In this document: in pieces, positions 46,878-64,000 of the stretch
How positions within the stretch are numbered: the stretch's first letter is position 1
How the letters are laid out: each line of letters begins with the position of its first letter
NCBI RefSeq assembly: GCF_009914755.1
Contig: NC_060933.1
Reading direction: 5' to 3' (one strand)
Source: the human T2T-CHM13v2.0 reference genome, Homo sapiens
DNA: 64,000 nucleotides
The notes under the pieces: generated by a model
Seen by the model: only the letters and a program-made list of their open reading frames with translations
Database searches by the model: none
Told to the model about the DNA's origin: nothing
Made by a program: the position numbers and the translations under genes

Positions 46878-47910
46878 GGCAGGTGGCACCAAGAGTGGGT
46901 CCCTCAGGCCTCGAGCGCACGCATTCCAGCGGCCACCCAGACCATGCTCCGCCGACTGGGCGCCCAAGCTGCAGTCGCCCTCTGTGTGCAGGCAGCAGCT
47001 GCCTGGCAACCCCCGAGCTCGCTCGCGCTGTCAGCATCGCAGAACCAGGGCCAGGTGTCCCAGTGGCTGCGGCCAAGCCAGGCATTCTGACCGGCGGCGG
47101 CGGCGGCTGCACAGGAGCGAGAACTGAGAAGCCGCCGCTCAACCCCACACGGGGTGACTGCTGAGGGCCCATACCAACGGCCCCGATCTCCCTCAGGTGG
47201 AGGACTGGGCGGGAGGCACAGCCTGGGGGCCCTCAGGCTGGGCGCGCTGGCGATCCCGAGGCCGACCAGGCCATGCACCTCCAGCCCGCCTGGGCACCCA
47301 AGCTGCAGCCGCCTTCTGTGTGCAGGCAGCAACCTCCAGGCAACTCCCGAGTCCGCCCTCACTTCCCACATCTCGGAACGAGGGCCAGATGTCCCTGTGG
47401 CTGCGGCCAAGCCAGGCGGTCTGCCCTGCAGCAGCTGCACGGGGGCGGGAACCGGCCCTCAGCCCTATCCCCCGTGGCTGCAGAGGGCCCTTGGCTAGAG
47501 GTGTAGAGCTCTGGCATAGGAGGAGCCGGGCGGGGGCAGGGCCTGGCGGGCTCTCAGGCCAGGGGCACTTGCGATCCAGATGCCGCCCAGGCCATGCTCA
47601 CCACCTGGGCGCCCAGCTACAGGCGCCAGGCAACTCCCAAGCTGGCTGGCGCGCCCAGCCTCGCAGACCCGGGCCTGGATGTCGCCGTGGCTGCGGCCAA
47701 GCCAGGCGGTCTGCTCGGCGGCGGCTGCACCGGGGCAGGAACCGACCCTCAGCCCCATCCCCGGTGGCTGCGGACGGCCCCTGGAGCGGCCCCGACGTCT
47801 CTTCGGAGGAGAAGAGGGGCGGGAGTCACGGCCAGGCAGGCCCTCAGGCGGGAAGGGATGCGCGCCTGCGATTCCGGGACGTACCGCGCCAGCCCAGGAG
47901 AACCCGGAAG
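46540..47910. promoter_or_regulatory. CpG-island-like region (TAR1 minisatellites plus GC-rich unit array)
   Basis: High GC and CpG density against an AT-rich background; GC boxes (GGGCGG); activity not shown. Confidence 0.7.
46878..47860 (+). repeat. Degenerate tandem array of ~3 GC-rich ~300-340 bp units
   Basis: Recurring CTCAGGC..CCATGC..GTGGCTGCGGCCAAGCCAGGC..GCTGCAC motifs at ~47064, ~47397 and ~47687. Confidence 0.8.
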
Positions 47911-47934
47911 CCAGCAGCTCTTGTTTCTCTGTGT

Positions 47935-50900
47935 GATTCTGTGAGGAACCACCAAATTGTTTTCCACGGCAAGTGCATCATTTTCTATTCCTAGCAGCCA
48001 GTTCATGAGGGCTCCAATTTCTCCACCTCCTTAGCAACATTGATTTTCTGTGTCGTTGTTATGAAAGCCTTACTAGTGGATGCAAAGTGGTATCTCATTT
48101 GGGTTTTGTCTTGCATTTTATTAATGAATAACAGTGTTTAGCATCTTTTCTTATCCGTCTTACACATTTGTGTATCTTCTTCGGAGAAATGTCTATTCAA
48201 GTCCTTTGCCTATTTTTTAATTGGGATGTTAGAAATTCTGATGTTGAGTTGTGGGATATTAAGCTTTTATCAGATACGCACTTTGATTTTATCAGATACA
48301 TATTTTCTCACATACTATGGGTTGTCTTTTCACTCCCTTGATAGTATCCTTTGATGCATAAAGGTTTTTTATTTTGATTAAATCTAATTTACGTGTATTT
48401 TCTTTTGTTATCTGTGCTTTTCTGTCATATTTCAAAATACACTTAAAACTCAAAGGTCATAAAGGTTTACCTTGTGTTTTCTTCTAAGAGTTACATACTT
48501 TAGTCCTTACATGTAAGTCTTTTATTAATTTAGAATTAATTTTCGTGTATACTGCAAGGTAGGGGTCTAACTTCTCTCTTGTGCACTGACATCCAGCTGT
48601 TGAAGAGACTGTTCTTTCCTCCCTTGACTAGACTTGGACAGCTTGTTGAACAGTCATTGACCATATATGTGAGCACTAATTTGTAGGATCTTAAATCTGT
48701 TCTATTGTATTGGTCTAAAAGTCTATTAGTCTTATGCCAGTACCACACTCTCTTGATTACTGTAGATTTGTAGTAGGCTGTGAAACTGAAAAATGTGAGT
48801 TTTCTAATATTCTTTTTCAAGACTGTTTTGTCTGTCAGATCCTTTGAATTTTTGTATGAATTGTAGAATGAGTTTCTTTCTTTCTGCAGAAATGCCTTTG
48901 GGATTTTGATGGTATTGCATTGAATCTGTAGATTACTTTAGATGGTATTGTCATCTTAACAGTATTGTCTTACAACCCGTGAACACAGAATGTCTTTCCA
49001 GTTATTTCCACTCTCTTTCGTTTTTTTCAGCAAAGTTTTGTGTATACCACCATGGTTAGATTTATGCCTGAATAACTTATTCTTTGATGCTATTATAAAT
49101 GGAATTTTTAAAATGTTTTCATAGTTCTTTACAACTATATAGAAATATAGCTCATTTGCCTATGTTTGTTTTGCATCCTGCCTCTTTTATTAGTTATAAT
49201 CGGTTTTGTGTTTTATTTGGAGCTTTATACACATAAGATCATGTGTAGATATAATTTTACTTCTGTTTTTTATTTCTAATGTAGATGCCTTTTATTTCTT
49301 TGTCTTGCCTAATTGCTCTGGCTAAAATTGCCAGTGGTACATTGAACACAAGTGGCAAATGCACCATGCTTGTCTTGTTCTAGATGTTAGGAAAACAGCT
49401 TTCAGTGTTTCATCATTGATCATGATATTAACTGTTGGGTTTTTGTACATCCTATTGTCACGTTGCAGAAAATCCCTTCTATGCCTAGTTTATTGAGTAT
49501 TTTTATTATAGAAGGGTGTTGTATTTCATCAATGTTTTCTCTGCATCAATTGAAATAATCACGTGCTTATTCATTTTACTGTTAGAGTATATTACACTGA
49601 TTGATTTTTTATATGTTGAGCCACCCTTGCATTTTGGGGATAAATCTCACAGGGTGATAGTTTACAATCCTTTGATTATACAGTATTGCTGCTAGTATTT
49701 TGCTGAGATTTTTGCTTATATATTCATAAGGGATATTGTGCTGTAGTTCTCTTTTTGTGCTCTCTTTGGCTTTGGTATAAGGATAATGCTGTTATCAAAA
49801 AATGAATTAGCAAGTATTCCTTCTTCATATATTATGTCAGAAGAGTTTGAGAAGAAATGGTATTAATTCTTCTTTAAATGTTAGGTTGACTCACCAGTTA
49901 ATGCAGCTATTTGGTCATAAATGTTTCTTTGTTAATCACTTTCGATTACTAATTCAATCTGCTAGGTTATAGGTCTATTCAGATTTTCTCTTTCTTCTTG
50001 AGCCACTTTGGTAGTTTGTGTCTTTCTAGTGATTCGTCCATTTCATCCAGGACAGCTAATTTGTTGTTAGACAGTTGTTCACAGTATACTCCTGTAATCC
50101 TTTTGTATTTCTGTAAAGTTGGTAGTAATGGCTCTGCTTTCATTTATTATTTTAATAATTAGTCTTCCATCTTTTGCTCAGTCAATATAGTGAAAGGCTT
50201 GATCTTTCAAATAATCTATGTTTATTCATTCTACTGCTCTCCAAACTTCTATTTTATTGATTTATGCTCTAATTATGCTCTCTATTATTTCTTTCATACT
50301 GCTAGCTTTGGATTTAGTCTTATTTTGTCTTCTTCCACTGCCTTTAGGTATAGAGTGAGGATGTTGATTTCAGATTTTTCTTAAATGTAGTTATTTATAT
50401 CCATAAATTTTCCTTTGAACTCTACTTTCACTGCATTCAATAAGTTTTGGTATGTTTTGTTTTTATTTTAATTTATCTCAAGATATTTTATAATTTTGCT
50501 TGTGATTTATTTTTTTCACTCACTGGTAGTTGAAGACTGTATTGTTTAATTTCCACATTTTCGTGAATTTTCCAGTTTTCACTTATTTATCTGTTGTTTC
50601 TTCCATTGTGGTTGTAAATTATATTTTGTATGATTTCAAACTTTTAAAAATGATTAGGACATATTTTGTGGATGAAGATATGGCCCATCCTAGAGAACTT
50701 CCATATACACTTGAAAGGAATGTATATTCTGCTGTTGTTGGATGGACTGTCCTGTATATGCGTATTAGCTCTCAGTGGCTTATACCGTTGTTTAACTCTT
50801 GTATTTCTCATGAAGCTTCGGTCTGGTTTTTCTATCCATTAATTAAAATGAGGTATTGAAGTGTCCAACTGTGACTATAGAACTGTGGGTTTATCCTTTC

Positions 50901-51070
50901 AATCCTGTTAATTATTTCAGCTTTACTGAGGTGTAATAGAGAAATAAAAATTGTACGTGATGCGTTTATATGCACATTCTGAAATGATTACCAAAACGAA
51001 GTCAATGAACATGTTAATTACCTCACAGAATAGTTACCTTTTTGTGTGCATGTGTGGGATAAGAAAACTT
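47935..51070 (-). mobile_element. Old L1M fragments (ORF2, antisense)
   Basis: T-rich antisense L1; ORF 48536-48820 contains YYKSTVIKRVWYWHK. Confidence 0.85.
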
Positions 51071-51077
51071 AACTCTA

Positions 51078-51803
51078 TCCCCTGTGACTGCAGAGTGGCC
51101 ATTCCAGCTGCTCCAGGCTCCAGCAGAGGAAGACTGGGGCAGGTGGCACCACCAGGGAGGCCCTCAGGCCTGGTGCGCACGCATTCCAGAGGCCACCCAG
51201 ACCATGCTCCGCCGCCTGGGTGCACAAGCTGCAGTCGCCCTCTGTGTGCAGGCAGCAGCTGCCTGGCAACCCCTGAGCCTGCTTGCGCTCCCAGTCTCGC
51301 AGAACCAGGGCCAGGTGTCCCTGTGGCTGTGGCCAAGCCAGGCATTCTGCCCGGCGGTGGCGGCTGCACAGGGGCGAGAACTGAAAACCCGCCGCTCAAC
51401 CCCACACGGGGTGACTGCCGAGTGCCCATGACAGCGGCCCCGATCTCTCTCAGGTGGAGGAGTGGGTGGGAGGCACGGCCTGGGGGCCCTCAGGCTGGGC
51501 GCGCTGGCGATCCCGAGGCCGACCAGGCCATGCCCCTCCAGCCAGCCTGGGCTCCCAAGCTGCAGCCGCCTTCTGTGTGCAGGCAGCAGCCTCCAGGCAA
51601 CTCCTGAGCCTGCCCGCACTCCCCACATCTCGGAAGCAGGGCCAGATGTCCCTGTGGCTGCGGCCAAGCCAGGCGGTCTGCCCTGCAGCAGCTGCACGGG
51701 GGCGGGAAGCGGCCCTCAGCCCCATCCCCAGTGGCTCTAGAGGCCCCTTGGCTAGAGGTATCCAGCTCTGGCAGAGGAGGAGCCGGGCGGGGGCAGGGTC
51801 TGG
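51078..51803 (+). repeat. Second copy of the GC-rich unit array (direct duplicate of ~46878-47543)
   Basis: Long near-identical stretches, e.g. AAGCTGCAGTCGCCCTCTGTGTGCAGGCAGCAGCTGCCTGGCAACCCC; parallel ORFs 47197+ and 51454+. Confidence 0.93.
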
Positions 51804-51884
51804 CTTGACCATTTGGAATTACAATACACTTCATTCATCAACCACAGAACATACACTGGAGTATCATCTGCGTGCAGATGAGTA

Positions 51885-53700
<1,816 letters not shown>

Positions 53701-53969
53701 TCATTCATTTAATTCATAATTCATTCATTCAATTCATAATTCAGTTCCCCCTGAGAAAAAAATATTCACTTGTCATTAAAATCTCTCTGTATCTTACTGA
53801 TTTCAGATAGAAGTTAAATTTCACCTTAATAATAGACACAAAAGAACTAGTTAAACTGACAAAAACTAATAAACGTTTGCTCAAATTTACTGAGAGAGTC
53901 GTGGGTACTTCATATAATAGTGACATTCTACCAGTTTTAAGTAAAATAAATAAGGAAACAATCTTAACT

Positions 53970-54365
53970 CATCGCCTACCGGAAGGGACGTGCCCCCGCT
54001 CCCAGGTGAGTGGGACCCTGCTCTCCGGGCGGGTTGCGCCGCGGTCTCTGGCACCTCTTGTTGGCAGCGTCGCCGTTGCAGGCACAGGGCAGGTATTGGG
54101 GGGCGGGCAGCGGGCCAGGCCCAGGCGACTCCTTTGCCAGGGGCTGGGCATGTGTGGAGAGGGGCGGAGCGGTGCTGCCCTGGGCGTTGGAGCCTCCCGC
54201 TCTGGACGGTTCGCCGCCCCTGCCCCAGGAAGGCGCTGCAGGATCTGGGTGGGGAAGGGGAGGGACGAGGGAACACAGGCCAGGCCAGGTGGCCCCTTAG
54301 ACCTGGGTGATGCAGGAGGGGCTGTGGGAGACCAGAGAGGACCCGAAGCAGAAACCGGGAACTGA
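53970..54365 (+). other. Isolated GC/CpG-rich patch with consensus 5' splice site
   Basis: CCGGAAG at 53979; CAG|GTGAGT at 54005/54006; G-runs downstream. Confidence 0.5.
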
Positions 54366-54649
54366 TACCTCTGGCTGAATATTTGTCCTCTTGCTGAAGT
54401 TTGAAAGTCAGTTATTTCATTAAAGTTTAATTTTATTATAAAAATAACAACTATTAAAAATTCCCTGTAGTCACTGGAATGACAAATTTTGGTGCAGTTT
54501 CAGCATAACACTCTAATTATTCAAATTGCGGCCATGTTTCAAAATATATGCCATATATTTTTATGGCATCCACCCCTGTGTCCCTGTGTCCCGCATCCAC
54601 CTCTGTGTCCCTGCTGGCTCAGGAAATGAGCTTCTTCCTCCTTCCGCAG

Positions 54650-54828
54650 ACTCGAATCAGGCCGTCCTCCCTCCTGCGCCTGAGGCTGTCATGGGGACAG
54701 CCTGCCCTCGAATAGCCGGAGAACGCCCGGCCTGTGCCCTGTGCTCGGCCTGGTGTCCTGGCTCGTGCCCCTCAGAGCCCCGCACAAAGCAGTGTGACAG
54801 GTGTGGAAGGACCCAGCACCAGGCAGCG
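54650..54828 (+). other. Candidate internal exon (179 bp)
   Basis: Acceptor CTTCTTCCTCCTTCCGCAG| and donor GCG|GTGAGC. Confidence 0.45.
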
Positions 54829-55189
54829 GTGAGCGGATGGATGCTCCAGGGATGTGGGGCTGCTGGCAGTCAAGAACCCATTGCCAAATTCCATGGCATA
54901 ATTTTGGATATTTTTCCCTTATATTTTTGTGTAAGACTTTCAGACTTACACATTTTGAGTTTTTAAAAAAATATAGTATAAACTACAATTCTGACTTCTA
55001 TATTTTACATGTTGATAGCAAATCTTCATACCTTTTTTGTGTTAAAGGGGGCTATTATTCCCTCTCCATAGTTTGGCCTTTGCACCCTTGTTGAAGATCA
55101 TTTTGACCATATATACAAGGTTTTGTGGAGAGAGGGGTCTCTATTATTTTCTATGTCTACACGTCTTGATTTAATACATTTCTTTTTAG

Positions 55190-55495
55190 ATTTTCTCCTT
55201 TTTACTTTTTGAGACAGGTTCTCTGTCATCCAGGCTGGGGTGCACTGGTGCGACCATGGCTCACTGCAGACTTGCTCTCCCAGGCTTAAAAAATCCTCTC
55301 ACTTCAGCCTCTGGAATAGCTGAGACTACAGGTTCATGTCACATTGCCAGGTTAATTTTAATTTTAATTGTTTTTTTAGCGATGGATGTTCTCACTAGGA
55401 TGTCCAGTGTGGTTTGAACTCCTGGGTTCAAGCAATCCTCCTACCTCAGCCTCACAAAGTGCTGAGGTTACACGTGTAAGCCATAGAACCTGGCC
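55190..55495 (-). mobile_element. AluJ-like, antisense
   Basis: T-rich tail and diverged reverse dimer. Confidence 0.88.
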
Positions 55496-56232
55496 TCAAA
55501 ATACCACATTTGAAAAGAGTTCAACAGCACTGCAATTAGTTTTTTATTTAAAAATTGTGAGGGCTCCACAATTGACATTATTTTACAAGTTTAATTGGCC
55601 ATTTTCAATCTTGAGATTTCATATGTTTTAGAATTTTGTATTTCTGCAAGTAAATATTGTTATGATTTATATAGCTATTGCATTTAATCTGTTGTTGATT
55701 TCATTAGTATAGACAAGAATATTGTTTTCTAATTTATGAATATGGGATATCTTTTCAATTGTCTAATCTACAAATATAGAATATCTTCCCCATTGTTTGT
55801 GACTTTTCTTCAGCAACATCTTGTAACTTCTAGTATACTAGTCTTACATCTCTTTGCTTGTTTATTCCAAAGTATATTCTTCTTAATGCTATTTTCAATG
55901 GAATTTTAAAAACTTGGATTGTACCGTGTAATGAAGAGAAATACACTTAATTTTGTATTCTGCAATTTTGCTCAATGCAACTATTAGTTCTAACAGGTAT
56001 TGTTTTCAGCATATAGGATTTTTTTGTATATAACATCATATCATAAGTAACAGGTAATTTTACTTCTTCCTTTAGAATGTGGATCTTTTCTTTTTTTCAT
56101 TGCCTAGTTGTTTTGCCAGGACTTTCACTGATATTTTTGAATAGATGTGACAACAGTGAATATCTTGCCTTATTATTAATCTTAGAGGATAAACTTTCCA
56201 CACTTCAGAATTCAGTATAATATTAGTGATGA

Positions 56233-56589
<357 letters not shown>

Positions 56590-56741
56590 TAGTTTCCTTT
56601 TATTTCTACTTTATTGAGTTTTTTTTTATCTTGAAAAGATGGTTAATACTGTCAGTTGACTTTTCTGCATTATTTGAGGTGATTGTGTGGTTTACATCTT
56701 TTACTCTGTTAATGTGATATATTAAACTGATTGATTTAAAC

Positions 56742-62770
<6,029 letters not shown>

Positions 62771-62785
62771 AAATAGATTGATTTA

Positions 62786-64000
62786 CACGTGTTGAACAAT
62801 ACTTTCATTGGAGAGATAACTCCTTCTTCATCATGGTGTATAATCCTTGCAATGTGTTATTGAATTTGGTGTTCTAATGTTCCGAGGAGAATTTTTACAT
62901 CAATAGTCAACAGGAAAATTGATTTGTAGTTGTATTTTTTTTTCTCCTTAGTGTCTTTGTGGGGTTTGGTGTTGTGTTAATGCTGGGCTCATAAAATAAG
63001 TTGGAAATTGTTTTATCTTTTTCATTTTTCTGAAGTAGTTTAAGAAGGGTTGGTGTTAACCCTGCTTTAACATTTTGAAAAAAATATGTATTTAATGAAG
63101 TGATCCGGGCCTGGGCTTTTTGAGGGGAGGTTGTTGTTACTACTTATATGCCTATTCAGATTTTTTTATGGTTTATTTTTAGTATAATCTGTATTTCTAG
63201 ACATTTGTCTATTTCTCTTAGCTTATCACATTTTTTGGCATATACTTGGAATTAAACTTTTATAATCTCTTCTTTTCCTACTTTTGTGGCATCAGTAGTA
63301 ATAGCTCCTCTTTTATTTATGAATTTAATTATTTGAGGTATCTTCTTTTTTCTTTTAATCTGTTTGTCAGTTTTCTTAATCTTTTCAATAAAACCAAACT
63401 TTAATTGATTTTTCTATGGCTTTTAATTGTTATTTATTTATAACTGCTGAAATTCTTATTCTTTACTGATGTTTGATTACATTTACTAGTTGATTTAGAT
63501 AGATTTGTTAAATGTACACATTTACTACTACAATTGAATACAAGCTTTAGATGCATTCAATAATTTTGTTATGCTTTGTCTCCAGTTATGTTGAAATTTT
63601 CACTGTGATTTCTTCTTTAACCCATAATGTTGTTTAGGAGCATGTTACTTGATTTTTATGTATTTGCAAATTTTTAAATTTTTCTTCTGGTATTCACTTC
63701 TAGTTCCATTCCATTTTAGTTGTAAATGATACTTCGTATGATTTTAATTTTCTTGAATTGATTTCTTTGTGGTCCGATTTGTGATATAGTCTCAAGAATG
63801 TTCCATGTGCACACCAGAATCATGCGCATTCTCTTGTTGAGAAGACCGTTTCTAAAAGTCTGTTGGATTTGGTTGAATCACTCCTTGCTCAATCCTCTGT
63901 CTTCATTTGGTCTCCCAGGTTGTCCTCTCCATTATTAAAGTCTCCTATCATTTTGGTGGTGGTCTCTATTCCTCCCTTTATTTTTATTTATAATTTTGTT
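62786..64000 (-). mobile_element. Old L1M (antisense), continuation of the element at ~54960-56740
   Basis: T-rich antisense ORF2 debris resuming collinearly after the L1PA TSD. Confidence 0.8.

Noticed and set aside
46285-48006. Many overlapping 80-265 aa ORFs on both strands
   Set aside because: Expected from GC-rich, stop-poor repeat DNA; Ala/Pro/Arg/Gly-rich with no recognisable domain
53741-55094. ORFs of 60-162 aa as protein-coding genes
   Set aside because: No recognisable homology; mostly non-ATG starts; span AT/GC composition boundaries

Overview
This is primate (most likely human) genomic DNA with no intact protein-coding gene; it reads as a pericentromeric segmental-duplication mosaic. 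About half is interspersed repeat: L1 (including a near full-length L1PA at ~56.7-62.8 kb), 11 Alus, LTR22, MER4-group and MLT1 LTRs, L2/MIR and MER DNA elements. Three minus-strand pseudogenes are present: a 5'-truncated processed MYO5B copy (~25.6-28.0 kb), a TSD-flanked processed CDK2AP2 copy (39.6-40.5 kb) and an unprocessed PTGER4 intron1/exon2 fragment (41.06-41.9 kb). From recall, this trio matches the human chr9 pericentromeric paralogue clusters (MYO5BP/CDK2AP2P/PTGER4P); I cannot verify which copy. At 45.9-46.9 kb an L1 is cut off by an interstitial degenerate telomere array followed by TAR1 and a CpG-rich island, i.e. a fossil chromosome end. The leading hypothesis is a minus-strand chimeric transcription unit: a relic TERRA-type subtelomeric promoter/donor spliced to the PTGER4 exon and then to the CDK2AP2 retrocopy. 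Other notable structure: a ~0.92 kb inverted duplication inserted into a TA-rich repeat, a twin-primed L1 with a nested HML-5 LTR, a three-armed Alu, a duplicated GC-rich unit array and orphan spliced exons. Repeat subfamily calls and parent-gene comparisons come from recalled consensus sequences, and boundaries are approximate.
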